DNA of 64,000 nt from an uncultured Methanosarcinales archaeon (GCA_964454865.1 CAYVTQ010000001.1:3554-67553); one strand, 5' to 3'. Shown: positions 38,465 to 48,776, numbered from the stretch's first letter. Numbers and translations: made by a program. The notes: a model not told the origin generated them from the sequence alone.

Positions 38465-39658
38465 ATGGGAAGAAAAGTTCTTGTCCTGACATCCACATTT
38501 CCAAGATGGGCTAAGGATTCAACATCAGTTTTTGTCTATGAGCTTAGCAGAAGGCTTGCGGAATACGGGAATAATATCCTGGTTTTGGCGCCTCATCATC
38601 ATGGCGCTGAGCACACCCAAAGGATGGGGCAGTTAACCATAATAAGATTCAGGTATTTCGTGCCGGAGAGGCTGCAGAAGCTCGCTTATGGGGCAGGAAT
38701 CATTCCGAATATGAAGAGCAGCTGGCTTGCAAAATTGCAGGCTCCTTTTTTTCTAATCACCGGTCTCATTGCCGCAGGAAATGCCGCAAGGCATTTTAAG
38801 CCGGAACTTATCCATGCCCACTGGATCATTCCCCAGGGGCTTGCTGCAGCCGTTCTTAAGAAAATGCTCGGAATACCCTTTATAGCGACGGTGCATGGCA
38901 GCGACCTATTCCCCATAACCAACCCCCTACTTAAGAGCCTTCAGCATTTCGTGCTGAAAAACTGCGACATTTGCACCGTAAACAGCAAAGCGACTGAAAA
39001 GGAAATCATGAAAAGGTTTCCCGATGCCGGAAAAAAGATTTTGACTATACCTATGGGAGTTGATGTCCGGGAATTTTCATCAAAAAAGCGTAAGAAAAAG
39101 AAGGGTTTTACCGTGCTTTTTGTCGGAAGGCTGAATGAGCAGAAAGGGATAAAATATTTGATAGCTGCCATGAGCATAGTTAAGCTTAGCCATCCAAAAG
39201 CAAGGCTTGTTGTCATAGGAGAGGGAGATTATATGGAGGAAATGAAAGATCTCGCCAAATCGCTGAAGATATCGGGCAGCGTGGAGTTTCTTGGAGGCCT
39301 GCCGCATGGCGAGGTTATAAATCATTATATTGCTGCAGACTTATTTGTATTGCCTTCTGTAGAATCAAAAATGGGAACAGAAGGGCTGGGGTTGTCCATT
39401 CTGGAGGCGATGGCTGCCAAAGTTCCGGTTATAGGGACAAGCACAGGGGGAATAAAATATATCATCAAGGACGGGCATAACGGAATTCTTGCAAGGCAGA
39501 AGGATCCTGAGGATCTTGCCAGATGCATAACAAAATTGCTGGCTGACAGGAAATTGCGCGCTAAATGCACGGCCAACGCTTTTAAATTTGTGAGAGAGAA
39601 TTATACGTGGGTTTCTGTAGCGAGGAAATTTCAAAAATTATATGGGGGTGTCAAATGA
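38465..39658 (+). CDS. Glycosyltransferase family 4 (GT-B, group 1)
   Basis: C-terminal EGLGLSILEAMAAKVPVIGT (E-x7-E region) of GT4. Confidence 0.8.
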   Translation: MGRKVLVLTSTFPRWAKDSTSVFVYELSRRLAEYGNNILVLAPHHHGAEHTQRMGQLTIIRFRYFVPERLQKLAYGAGIIPNMKSSWLAKLQAPFFLITGLIAAGNAARHFKPELIHAHWIIPQGLAAAVLKKMLGIPFIATVHGSDLFPITNPLLKSLQHFVLKNCDICTVNSKATEKEIMKRFPDAGKKILTIPMGVDVREFSSKKRKKKKGFTVLFVGRLNEQKGIKYLIAAMSIVKLSHPKARLVVIGEGDYMEEMKDLAKSLKISGSVEFLGGLPHGEVINHYIAADLFVLPSVESKMGTEGLGLSILEAMAAKVPVIGTSTGGIKYIIKDGHNGILARQKDPEDLARCITKLLADRKLRAKCTANAFKFVRENYTWVSVARKFQKLYGGVK

Positions 39659-40716
39659 ACCTGCCGCTCAGAATGAGGCTTTTTGCCTACAGGATTTTAT
39701 CCACTCCGTATGGAAGAGTTATTTTGCGCATTTTTTCGCATTTAATTCATGCCAAGGGAATGGGGCTATTCAAGCAAGCTAGTGCCAAAAAGCCGTTTAT
39801 AGTTTCTATAACGATTGACACGGAATCCGGCTATGTGGATGCGGACGAAAGAAGAGTATGGCAGAATGAAAATCCGAGAGCTTTCATGGGGTTCTATAAA
39901 GGCATTAAAAACTGGAAGGACCTGTTCAGAAAATACGGCGTGAAATCCACATTTTTTGTGTCCACCCAATGCTTTGATTCAAATGGAAGCGACCATGAAA
40001 AAATAGCCTCAGCGCTTAACGAGGCTGTTTCAGAGGGGCACGAGATGGGACTTCACATGCACCCCGACAGCGACTTTGCGCTGCAGAAGGCTATCGGGAA
40101 AAAATTCAGCCGGACAAGCGCGATTTATTATGATACAGAAACAAAAAAGCAAATGATAATGGAAGCAAGGAAGATGCTGATTAAAAATATCAGGAACCTC
40201 AGGAAAGTTGTGAGCTTTAGATGGGGCAATTGGGGGCTTGACTCCGGAGCTGTTGAAGCGCTGCACCAGCTTGGCTTTGAAGTGGATTCTTCGGCCACTC
40301 CGGGAATAAAAGGGCATATCGGAGACGGAATGGATTATGACTGGGCGAATGTGGACAGCCATTACCCATGGCTTCTCTCCACAGGCAACTATAAAGACGT
40401 AAAGAAACCCGATTCAGGCGTATTGGAGCTGCCCATAGCGACTTTCAGCCTTTTAGGGCTGACGCTGCGCGCAGACCCTGTTAATCTTGAGCTGTTAAAA
40501 GGCTCCTTTGACTATTATTACAAGAACTCCGACAGGAGCAAAAAGCCTTTTGTGTTTGTAGTCATATCACACAGCCCCGAGTCTACATATATTGACGGGA
40601 GAAAAACCAAAGTTATAGTGACCATGGAGGATTTCATAAAGCATGCATCAAAGCGCGCTGATGTCAGATTCGTGCCTCTTGATGATGCAGCTCATTTCCT
40701 GCGGCAGGATACATAG
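39655..40716 (+). CDS. Polysaccharide deacetylase-like (CE4-type) protein
   Basis: TIDTE and HEMGLHMH (HxxxH) motifs; ATGA start/stop overlap with GT4 gene suggests translational coupling. Confidence 0.45.
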   Translation: MNLPLRMRLFAYRILSTPYGRVILRIFSHLIHAKGMGLFKQASAKKPFIVSITIDTESGYVDADERRVWQNENPRAFMGFYKGIKNWKDLFRKYGVKSTFFVSTQCFDSNGSDHEKIASALNEAVSEGHEMGLHMHPDSDFALQKAIGKKFSRTSAIYYDTETKKQMIMEARKMLIKNIRNLRKVVSFRWGNWGLDSGAVEALHQLGFEVDSSATPGIKGHIGDGMDYDWANVDSHYPWLLSTGNYKDVKKPDSGVLELPIATFSLLGLTLRADPVNLELLKGSFDYYYKNSDRSKKPFVFVVISHSPESTYIDGRKTKVIVTMEDFIKHASKRADVRFVPLDDAAHFLRQDT

Positions 40717-41351
40717 CAGTATGTAGCCCATCTGCCTGTATTGTCAAAAACATCAAGCAAGCTCAGGGACTGCGCCAGAAAATAAAAGGGATACAATCCG
40801 AGCTTTAAGACAGGAGATAAAATGCCCAAAGATTTTGGAAGCATAAATCTTGCTCCCTTAATGGCGGAATGGATGACCACTGCAGGCACATTAAAAATTC
40901 CCCCGACAGTTCCTGATTCTTTGACTATGAAATCCTTTCCGACTATCTCTTTCAATCCATATTCGGTGAACCTGTACTTGTCATAAGGCGCGTCATGGAG
41001 GGGGTAAATGAAAGGGGCAAGAATAAAAAGCGTGCCGCCCTTTTTCAGCACTCTTGCAGCCTCTTCCAATACTTTGCGGGGATCATCCAGATAGTAAAGC
41101 GAATTTATGCTTATCACAGCATCAAAATGGCTTTTGGCGAAGGGCAGCCCTTTGTTTGCATCCCATTCAACATCAGCCCTTTCTGTCCCGGATTTGTCAA
41201 GGCCGATTATCCTGCCGCCAATAAGTTTGTGGTATTGAGGATCATTTCCGCATCCTATGTCAAGAATTGTCCCATTAACATTTCTGAAATTTCTTCTTAT
41301 TATCCGCGATATTTTTTCCCTTATTATGAAAAATTCCGCTTTCATAGTCAC
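40692..41351 (-). CDS. Class I SAM-dependent methyltransferase (Methyltransf_11-like)
   Basis: ILDIGCGND motif I, LKKGGTLFI post-II. Confidence 0.7.
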   Translation of the reverse strand: MTMKAEFFIIREKISRIIRRNFRNVNGTILDIGCGNDPQYHKLIGGRIIGLDKSGTERADVEWDANKGLPFAKSHFDAVISINSLYYLDDPRKVLEEAARVLKKGGTLFILAPFIYPLHDAPYDKYRFTEYGLKEIVGKDFIVKESGTVGGIFNVPAVVIHSAIKGARFMLPKSLGILSPVLKLGLYPFYFLAQSLSLLDVFDNTGRWATYCYVSCRRK

Positions 41352-42238
41352 TTTTTCAGCATATCCGCTATAAACCCAAAAATCATTATCTGAAGGCCGA
41401 TGCTTAATACAAGTATATCAAGCATCATTAGCCCGAGATGCCTGAACACTCCCCCGCCAAAAATCTGGAAATATACAAGATAGGCGCCAAGCAGGAAGCC
41501 GACAAGCAAAAGGGCGCATGCAGCAATGCCAAAAAATTTCAAAGGCTCATAATCCCTGTATATCCTTATCAGGTTTATCCATGCCCTGATGGCATAGCTG
41601 AAAGGGTTTTTCACAAGCCTGCTCTTGTCATTTCTCCTGGCAAAATAAACCGGCACTTCTTTTATCCTGAATTTTTCTCTTACTGCCTTTATTATCTGCT
41701 CCTGGGTATAGGTATATCCGGAAATGATTTTTATCTTTCTTGCAGCTTCAGAAGTGAATGCGCGGAAGCCTGTCTGCGCGTCCGAAATATGTATCCCTGT
41801 AATATTTGTTATCACTTGTGAAAATGCCCTGTTCCCCATCCTTTTTATCCACGGCATATGCTCTATTTTCCCCATGAACCTGCTTCCGAGCACCAAGTCG
41901 TAGCCTTTTTTTATTTGTTCAAGAAGCTTTGGGATCTCCTCAGGAAGATACTGGCGGTCAGCATCTATGTGGACAACAACATCAGCGCCTAATTCAAGGG
42001 ATTTTTCTATTTCTGTCTTGAATGTCTCAGCCAGGCCATAATTTTTTGGATGCCGGTAAGCCCTTGCTCCGTGCCTTGAAGCCGCATCCGCTGTTTTGTC
42101 CCTGCTCCCGTCATCGACAACGAGAATCTGGTACGAGGACTTATACTCGGTAGAATTCATGGCTTTCTTGATATCTGCTATTAGATGTGCTATGCTTTTT
42201 TCCTCGTTGTAGGCAGGTATTGTTATTACAATATTCAT
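41348..42238 (-). CDS. Polyprenol-phosphate glycosyltransferase (GT2, DPM1/GtrB/AglD-like) with C-terminal TM hairpin
   Basis: ITIPAYNEE, VVDDGSRD and DADRQ motifs plus two C-terminal TM helices. Confidence 0.8.
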   Translation of the reverse strand: MNIVITIPAYNEEKSIAHLIADIKKAMNSTEYKSSYQILVVDDGSRDKTADAASRHGARAYRHPKNYGLAETFKTEIEKSLELGADVVVHIDADRQYLPEEIPKLLEQIKKGYDLVLGSRFMGKIEHMPWIKRMGNRAFSQVITNITGIHISDAQTGFRAFTSEAARKIKIISGYTYTQEQIIKAVREKFRIKEVPVYFARRNDKSRLVKNPFSYAIRAWINLIRIYRDYEPLKFFGIAACALLLVGFLLGAYLVYFQIFGGGVFRHLGLMMLDILVLSIGLQIMIFGFIADMLKK

Positions 42239-42285
42239 TGGCTCGTAGGAACAAAATACACTTTATATATGTTTCTTAATAGGTA

Positions 42286-42580
42286 GCTTTGTGTAAAAAG
42301 CAGGTTTGGCATCTTCATTTGCGGGCATCTTCAAAGATTCAAGCAGGCATGCTCGAACAAAGTTCGGCACCGCATGGGTGGAAAAGGAAATTGCAGCGGA
42401 GGAATCGTTGTTCCTCCTGACGTAGCAAACTTGTTTGCTACGCAATGGGAAACTACGGAGTAGTTACCGAAAATCCAATCAGGATTGTCTGTTGATTTTC
42501 GAGTATTTTTGCTTTATCGCTACACATCAAAATGCGAACTGATGCCAAAACCCGAGCAAAGCGAGTTTTTACACAAAGCC
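42286..42580. repeat. MITE-like repeat, family 3 copy a with about 30-bp imperfect TIRs (GGCTTTGTGTAAAAA...GGTTTGGCATC)
   Basis: Core about 90% identical to 57548..57705; contains two perfect hairpins. Confidence 0.65.
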
Positions 42581-42598
42581 TTAATAGGTAACAAAAAC

Positions 42599-42610
42599 CT
42601 TTATAAAAAA
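42599..42610 (+). promoter_or_regulatory. TATA-like box (TTTATAAAAAA) upstream of heptose operon
   Basis: 33-44 nt upstream of hddC ATG, just outside the repeat. Confidence 0.25.
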
Positions 42611-42642
42611 TCAATTTAGGCTGTACCCTAATTAAAATCAAA

Positions 42643-43428
42643 ATGCCAACCAAAGATTCAAAGCCGGAAGTGATAATTGTAGCGGGCGGGCTTGGCACAC
42701 GAATGGAGTCCCTGAGCAGGGATGTCCCAAAATGCCTTGTAAATCTGAATGGAAAGCCAATAATTCTCCATCAAATAGAATTTTTTAGGAGTAACGGCTA
42801 TACAAAGTTTGTTTTTTGCATTGGCCATCTGGGGGCTAAAATTAAGGAGTACTTCAAAGACGGGAGCCGGTTTGGAGTGGATATAATATATTCTGAAGAG
42901 AATGGCGCATTATTAGGCACTGCCGGATCAGTCAGATTAGCAAAAAGCCGCTTAAACAACACTTTCATTGTTTACTATGGGGACAGCCTCACTAATGAGG
43001 ATTTTGATGAAGTCCTTGATTTCCACAGGCAAAAAAACAGCGATTTCACTGTCGTCCTAAGGGAGCTGCCAAAGGATTATGCCAGCAGCAGCGTGATTGT
43101 GATGGATGATGATAACAGGATCAAGGCTTTTTTTGAAAAGCCCGGGAATGATGAGTTGAAATCGGGCATAAAAGGGAAAAAATACATAAATAACGGCATT
43201 TATTTTATAGAGCCGGAAATCCTGCAGGAGGTGCCGCCCAAAGCGAAATATGACTTCGGCGGGCAACTGATACCGAAATTGATTGAAAAAAACAGAAAGG
43301 TTTATGGTTATGTCAGCCATAAGCTATTTGCAGAAATTGGAAGGGTGGAAAAATTCGGGGAATTCGATAAAAAATTAAAGGGCGGCGGGATAGAAGATGG
43401 ATGGAAACAAAGCGGTTTTTTTAGATAG
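42643..43428 (+). CDS. hddC: Sugar-1-phosphate nucleotidyltransferase (D-glycero-alpha-D-manno-heptose-1-P guanylyltransferase-like)
   Basis: VIIVAGGLGTRM nucleotidyltransferase N-terminus; first gene of heptose operon. Confidence 0.7.
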   Translation: MPTKDSKPEVIIVAGGLGTRMESLSRDVPKCLVNLNGKPIILHQIEFFRSNGYTKFVFCIGHLGAKIKEYFKDGSRFGVDIIYSEENGALLGTAGSVRLAKSRLNNTFIVYYGDSLTNEDFDEVLDFHRQKNSDFTVVLRELPKDYASSSVIVMDDDNRIKAFFEKPGNDELKSGIKGKKYINNGIYFIEPEILQEVPPKAKYDFGGQLIPKLIEKNRKVYGYVSHKLFAEIGRVEKFGEFDKKLKGGGIEDGWKQSGFFR

Positions 43429-43951
43429 GGACGGGGTAATAAACCATGTTTGCTATCATGATGATAAGGGAATCTATAGCGCTACGAGTATGCAGGAGTT
43501 CAAAGTCCTGCCTAATGTAAAAAAAAACATCCGATCCTTAAAAGGCAAAGGATACAAAATAGTTGTAGTTTCGAATCAGCCTGGGATTGCTTTTGGATAT
43601 CTAAGCGAGCAAGAAGTCAGGAAAATAGATGAATTTATGAAAAATGAAATCGGCGTCGATGCTGTATATAACTGCCCGCATCACCCCAAATTCAAAAAAT
43701 GCAGCTGCAGGAAGCCAAAAGACGGCATGCTAAAGCAGGCTGCCAAAGATCTTAATATAGACTTGAGCAGGTCATTTATTGTGGGGGACAACCTGGCAGA
43801 TATAGCAGCAGGCAAAAAATGCAGGGAGACTTTTTTGGTTGCAAGAAAGATAACTGTAGATTTGCTAAACCTTATTGAAGACGAGGGAGTTAAGCCTACA
43901 CACATAGTAAAATCCTTGGAAGAGGCTGCAAGAAGAATATTATTGGGTTAG
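43397..43951 (+). CDS. gmhB: D,D-heptose 1,7-bisphosphate phosphatase
   Basis: FLDRDGVIN motif I, SNQ motif, CPHHP...CSCRKP zinc site typical of GmhB; 32-bp overlap with hddC. Confidence 0.85.
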   Translation: MDGNKAVFLDRDGVINHVCYHDDKGIYSATSMQEFKVLPNVKKNIRSLKGKGYKIVVVSNQPGIAFGYLSEQEVRKIDEFMKNEIGVDAVYNCPHHPKFKKCSCRKPKDGMLKQAAKDLNIDLSRSFIVGDNLADIAAGKKCRETFLVARKITVDLLNLIEDEGVKPTHIVKSLEEAARRILLG

Positions 43952-44035
43952 GGCTATAACAAATTTACACTATTTAAATCTTTCTACGAAACATTTATAT
44001 AAAGATTCTAAACACATAACCACGGGGAAAATAAG

Positions 44036-45040
44036 ATGATAATTACAAGGACTCCTCTTAGGATATCTTTAGGAGGAGGCGGCACTGATCTGCCTTTTTA
44101 CTGCTCCAAATTCGGCTCGTCCCTCATTACAGCAGCTATAAACAAGTATGTGTACATCACGGTCAGTAAAAGAGTCGAAAAATCAATAAAGATCAATTAT
44201 TCTAAAACTGAGATAGCAAATTCTATTGATGAAATAAACCATCCCCTGATAAGGGAGGCATTGAGGTTTGTAGATATAAACAATTCGATAGAAATCCACT
44301 CCGTAGGGGAGGTTGAAGCAGGGACAGGCTTGGGCTCGTCTTCAGTTTTTCTTGTGGGATTATTGAATGCCCTGTATTACTATAAAGGGGAGATTGTTTC
44401 AAAATACAAATTAGCTGAAGACGCATCGCATATTATGATGGAAATACTGAATGAATCCTGCGGCAAACAGGATCAATATGCAGCGGCATTCGGCAATCTG
44501 AACCATCTTAAAATAAACACCAGGGGGAGGGTAAATATATCCCCTGTAAACATAACTTATGAAAATCTCAAGGAATTGGAAAAGAACCTGATGATGTTTT
44601 ATACCGGATTCCGAAGAGACGCCAATGCCCTATTGAGCAATCAGAAAAAAATGGCGGAAAAAGGCGAGGATTCCTCTAAAAATGCAATTTTTGAGCATTA
44701 TCATGAGATTAAAAAAATAGGGATGGAAAGCCTGAAATGCATAGAGTCAGGGGACCTAAAAAGATTTGGCGAATGGATGAACATTCATTGGGAGCTCAAG
44801 CGGAAAATATCCGACAAGATGTCCAATTCGCAAATAGACAAGTGGTATAATGCTGCCCTTGATAATGGCGCTATCGGGGGAAAGATTGTGGGGGCCGGCG
44901 GAGGGGGCTTTCTTATGGTTTATGCCGACAAAAGCCATGATAAAATAGCCAAGGCCATGGAAAATGAAGGGCTGATCAAAATTAATTTTAAGTTTGATTT
45001 TGACGGGACAAGGATAGTGTATGACGGACTGCATTTTTAA
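44036..45040 (+). CDS. hddA: GHMP-family kinase (D-glycero-alpha-D-manno-heptose 7-phosphate kinase-like)
   Basis: TRTPLRISLGGGGTDL N-terminus and GLGSSS ATP-binding motif. Confidence 0.8.
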   Translation: MIITRTPLRISLGGGGTDLPFYCSKFGSSLITAAINKYVYITVSKRVEKSIKINYSKTEIANSIDEINHPLIREALRFVDINNSIEIHSVGEVEAGTGLGSSSVFLVGLLNALYYYKGEIVSKYKLAEDASHIMMEILNESCGKQDQYAAAFGNLNHLKINTRGRVNISPVNITYENLKELEKNLMMFYTGFRRDANALLSNQKKMAEKGEDSSKNAIFEHYHEIKKIGMESLKCIESGDLKRFGEWMNIHWELKRKISDKMSNSQIDKWYNAALDNGAIGGKIVGAGGGGFLMVYADKSHDKIAKAMENEGLIKINFKFDFDGTRIVYDGLHF

Positions 45041-45051
45041 TTGGAGGTTTT

Positions 45052-45657
45052 ATGGGGCATATTGAGTATATAACAACTTACTTTAAGGATATCAGGGAAA
45101 TTACCGAGCATATAAACAAAGAAGAGATCTCAAAAGCGATAGACATATTATTTGAAGCGTGGAAGAACGATCAAAATGTGTATTTTATAGGGTGCGGCGG
45201 AAGCGCAGGAACTGCATCGCATTTCGCAGCTGACCTTTCAAAGACCACTATTGTAAAGCCGAAAAAGAGGTTTAAGGCCCACTCTCTTGTTGACAATCCG
45301 TCCCTGATAACTGCATGGATAAATGATGATGGGTGGGAGTCTGTATTCAAGGAGCAGATTGAGAATTTCATAATGCCCGGCGATGTTGTTGTGGGGTTGA
45401 GCGTGCATGGCGGAAAAGGGAAGGGAAATTCCGGCGCATGGTCGCAAAATTTGACGCTGGCGATGGAGTATGCCAAGTACAAGGGAGGAAAATGCATCGG
45501 ATTGGCGGGCTTTGACGGAGGGGCATTCAAAGAGATATGCGATGCGTGCATAATTGTCCCAAAAGACTCGACGCCTTTGGTGGAGGGGTTTCATTGCGAC
45601 ATACAGCATTTAATAATCTTCAGGCTTAAAGAAATGATAAGCAGTTTTACCGATTAA
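45052..45657 (+). CDS. gmhA: Phosphoheptose isomerase (sedoheptulose-7-P isomerase)
   Basis: GCGGSAGTASHFAADL SIS motif, GFDGG. Confidence 0.85.
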   Translation: MGHIEYITTYFKDIREITEHINKEEISKAIDILFEAWKNDQNVYFIGCGGSAGTASHFAADLSKTTIVKPKKRFKAHSLVDNPSLITAWINDDGWESVFKEQIENFIMPGDVVVGLSVHGGKGKGNSGAWSQNLTLAMEYAKYKGGKCIGLAGFDGGAFKEICDACIIVPKDSTPLVEGFHCDIQHLIIFRLKEMISSFTD

Positions 45658-45680
45658 AACTGGGCAAAAGGTGCGTCAAA

Positions 45681-46355
45681 ATGGCAATTTTTTTGGATAC
45701 GGGAAATGTTGAAGTTGTTAAGAAATATATGAGCATGGGCATAATAAGGGGAGTTACTACTAATCCCACCATAATGCTGAAGTCTGGAGTGAGCGGCGGC
45801 TTAAATGGCATTAAAAAAATGGCTGTAGAGATTGCAAATCTTATTTCACCTCTGCCCTTGTCTGTCGAAGTTACAAATAATGAATACGAAGGCATGATTA
45901 AGCAGGCCATTGAGTTTTCCAAGTGGGCGAAGAATATCAACGTCAAAATAACCATTCACGGGCCAAATGGGGAGCTTCACAATTTAAGGGCTGTGCATGA
46001 GTTGGAGACAAAACATGACATAAGGGTGAATGTCACTGCAATGATGAGCGCCCAGCAATGCTTTTTGGCGGCTATGGCAGGCGCAACCTATGTGTCCCTG
46101 TTCTGCGGCAGAGTCAACAATATGGGCTATAATTCAATCGAAGAGATAAAAAAGCTGCGCAAGCTTCTGGACGATTTCCAATTGAGGTCAAAAATAATCT
46201 GCGGTTCTACAAGGGAAGTCCTGAACATCGTGGAATGGCTGGGGGCAGGAGCCCATATAGTGACTGCTGTTCCGGACTTGATTGAAGGGATGATTGTGCA
46301 CCCTTATAGCAAAGAAACAGTAAGGCAGTTTCTTGAGGATGCTGTTAAAATATAA
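45681..46355 (+). CDS. tal: Transaldolase (short TalC/FSA-type)
   Basis: GVTTNPT motif and catalytic Lys region; 224 aa. Confidence 0.8.
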   Translation: MAIFLDTGNVEVVKKYMSMGIIRGVTTNPTIMLKSGVSGGLNGIKKMAVEIANLISPLPLSVEVTNNEYEGMIKQAIEFSKWAKNINVKITIHGPNGELHNLRAVHELETKHDIRVNVTAMMSAQQCFLAAMAGATYVSLFCGRVNNMGYNSIEEIKKLRKLLDDFQLRSKIICGSTREVLNIVEWLGAGAHIVTAVPDLIEGMIVHPYSKETVRQFLEDAVKI

Positions 46356-46358
46356 CGC

Positions 46359-47084
46359 CTACTTTTTCTCACCATAAATCAATATGCTGGATCCCTGCCA
46401 CCTGAAAATGGGGATTTTTTCAAACAACTCGCTCAGAAAAACTGCAATTCCAATCAAAGGTCTCGGAGTAAACGCAAATGCAAAGCAAAATGGCCTTATC
46501 TTTATCCATTTTAATCTTTTACTTTCAAAAAAACATTTATATGCCGAAGGGGAATAAGAGTTTTCATTTGCCTTCCTGTTCCTCGGGGTCAATTCCAGTA
46601 ATTTTCTTGGCAGGCTTAAGCCATTCGCTTCGCATAAGAGAAAGTACTTTCCCGTCACTCTAAGCATTTCCTGCGCCATTTTTCCCGGATTATCAACATG
46701 GTGCATAGTATTGAAGCAGCAAACCATATCAAATGAATCCTCCTTAAAATCGAGAGAGGTGGCATCCATCTGCATGGCTTCAACGCCCTTGGCTTTGATT
46801 TTTTTGACGCCTTCCGGGGATAATTCAGTAGCAACATACCTCTTTGGATTTAATGCTTTTATTATCATGCTCGAGCTTACCCCATCGCCTGCTCCGATTT
46901 CAAGTATAGACATTTTTTTTAGGTTTTTGCCTTTAAGAAAATCTATTAGATAGTTCACTTCTTTTGGAACTCTGTAATACATTCCTATCCTGCCTTCCCA
47001 TTTTTCCCTGAAAGGAATGTCCGAGCTAAATAGCTCATCATAGTACTCTTTCATCACCCTCTTATTTTTTCCCTTCATATTCAT
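46359..47084 (-). CDS. Class I SAM-dependent methyltransferase
   Basis: ILEIGAGDG motif I. Confidence 0.7.
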   Translation of the reverse strand: MNMKGKNKRVMKEYYDELFSSDIPFREKWEGRIGMYYRVPKEVNYLIDFLKGKNLKKMSILEIGAGDGVSSSMIIKALNPKRYVATELSPEGVKKIKAKGVEAMQMDATSLDFKEDSFDMVCCFNTMHHVDNPGKMAQEMLRVTGKYFLLCEANGLSLPRKLLELTPRNRKANENSYSPSAYKCFFESKRLKWIKIRPFCFAFAFTPRPLIGIAVFLSELFEKIPIFRWQGSSILIYGEKK

Positions 47085-47110
47085 TCCGCTTTTGGCAATT
47101 TAACATGCAC

Positions 47111-48052
47111 TCAACTCATCTCTTCCAATAGAGCTTTTACAGATTTTACAATAGCTTCACGAGAGCTATTTTTTGCCTTCCATCCAAGCTTATGCATTTT
47201 TGCAAGATCAAACCTTACAACAGGAACATCCCCTTTCCATCCCCTTTTCCCACCAGAATGCTCAAACCTGACATTTTTCAGGCTCATCTCATTGGCAACA
47301 ATTTTTGCAATGTCATTAACAGTTATATAGTCCTCCGTTGCTATATTAAAAATGTTTACTGTTTCATTGGAGTTATTGATAGCAAAAAATATCCCTTCTA
47401 TTACATCACTTATATGGATATAAGACTTGCTCTGGTTTCCGTCCCCAAGAATCTCCAGCCTCTTGGGGCTTGTTCCCAGCTTCCTGATAAAATCATACGC
47501 CACCCCATGAGTCTGCCTCTGCCCCACCACATTTGCAAAGCGGAATATCCAGGACTGCATGTCAAACATATGGCAAAATGCGCTTATTATTCCCTCACTG
47601 CCAAGCTTGCTTGCCCCATACATTGAAATTGGCAGCAATGGCCCAAAATCTTCAGGAGTCTCCACCAATCCAGCATCCCCGTAAATTCCGCTCCCGGAGG
47701 AAAAAACGATCTTTTTTATGCCGTTTATCCTCATTGATTCAACCGCATTATAAGTGGATATTATGCCAAGGCGCAAATCCAAGTCCGTTTCCACCATGCT
47801 CTTTGCTATATCTGCATTGGCTGCCAAGTGGAAAACCATATCATGATTCTTCATGGATTTGACAAGGCTCTCCTTGTCAAGCAAGTCTCCATTTATGCAC
47901 CTGAATAGAGGATTTTTAGAGTGATGGCTTATAAAATCTTCCCTGCCGCTGCTGAAATTATCATAAACAGTAACGCTGTGCTTTTGACTTATCAGAAAAT
48001 CAGCCAGATTGCTGCCGATAAATCCCGCGCCGCCCGTTATGAAGTATTTCAT
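47111..48052 (-). CDS. NAD-dependent epimerase/dehydratase (UDP-sugar 4-epimerase-like)
   Basis: ITGGAGFIGSNL Rossmann, YGASK catalytic motif. Confidence 0.8.
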   Translation of the reverse strand: MKYFITGGAGFIGSNLADFLISQKHSVTVYDNFSSGREDFISHHSKNPLFRCINGDLLDKESLVKSMKNHDMVFHLAANADIAKSMVETDLDLRLGIISTYNAVESMRINGIKKIVFSSGSGIYGDAGLVETPEDFGPLLPISMYGASKLGSEGIISAFCHMFDMQSWIFRFANVVGQRQTHGVAYDFIRKLGTSPKRLEILGDGNQSKSYIHISDVIEGIFFAINNSNETVNIFNIATEDYITVNDIAKIVANEMSLKNVRFEHSGGKRGWKGDVPVVRFDLAKMHKLGWKAKNSSREAIVKSVKALLEEMS

Positions 48053-48053
48053 T

Positions 48054-48776
48054 TTAAATTGCCCTTAGCTTCAAGCTGAAAATCTCAAAAAAAGCCCTGC
48101 ACAGCTTGAAGGGTATTTTTTCTATGGGGAGAGCGACACTTTTTTTGTAAGTATGGTTAACCGGCACCTGGCCATACCTGTATCCCATCTTTTTTGCATA
48201 TATGAACGTTTCAGCATTATAAGCCACAGTCAAACTGCCTGTCAGCGGTATAATTTTTTTTACCGCTTCATTCTTAATTATCCTAAAACCGCAATTAGAG
48301 TCCCTCAGCCATACATTAAACAGCACTCCCATCAGCATATTATTTATTCTTGAAACAAAAACCCTGTAGTAAGGCTTCCTGTTGATTTTGTAGCCCACCA
48401 CTAAGTCTAGACTGTTATTTATAATCTTGTCCCATAATAACCAGAAATCTGACGGCTTATGCTCCCCGTCAGAATCAGTAAAAAATATATATTCTCCTTT
48501 TGCCTGCATATATATTTCCTTAACGGCTTGTATGTACCCCCTCCTATGCTCGCAAAGGTTTAAATCGAGATCGTACTTCTTTTGTATGCTCCTGAGAATC
48601 TCCCTGGTATTGTCCCTGCTGCCGTCTTCCGCAATGATAACTTCAGCCTCACCCAGCCCCAACTTCCTGAATTTTTGGATTATTTTATTATTAATCTCAC
48701 TAATTAGTTCTTCAATCTTTTCGTTCTCATAAACAGGCATGAGTATTGACAATTTTATCTTTTTTTTAATCGCCAT
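48054..48776 (-). CDS. Glycosyltransferase family 2
   Basis: LSILMPVYNE start, DSD motif. Confidence 0.75.
   Translation of the reverse strand: MAIKKKIKLSILMPVYENEKIEELISEINNKIIQKFRKLGLGEAEVIIAEDGSRDNTREILRSIQKKYDLDLNLCEHRRGYIQAVKEIYMQAKGEYIFFTDSDGEHKPSDFWLLWDKIINNSLDLVVGYKINRKPYYRVFVSRINNMLMGVLFNVWLRDSNCGFRIIKNEAVKKIIPLTGSLTVAYNAETFIYAKKMGYRYGQVPVNHTYKKSVALPIEKIPFKLCRAFFEIFSLKLRAI

Noticed and set aside
39607-39654. 48-nt N-terminal extension of the CE4-like ORF overlapping the GT4 gene
   Set aside because: The ATG at 39655 forms an ATGA start/stop overlap with the GT4 stop codon, the typical coupled arrangement; the upstream Met is probably not used
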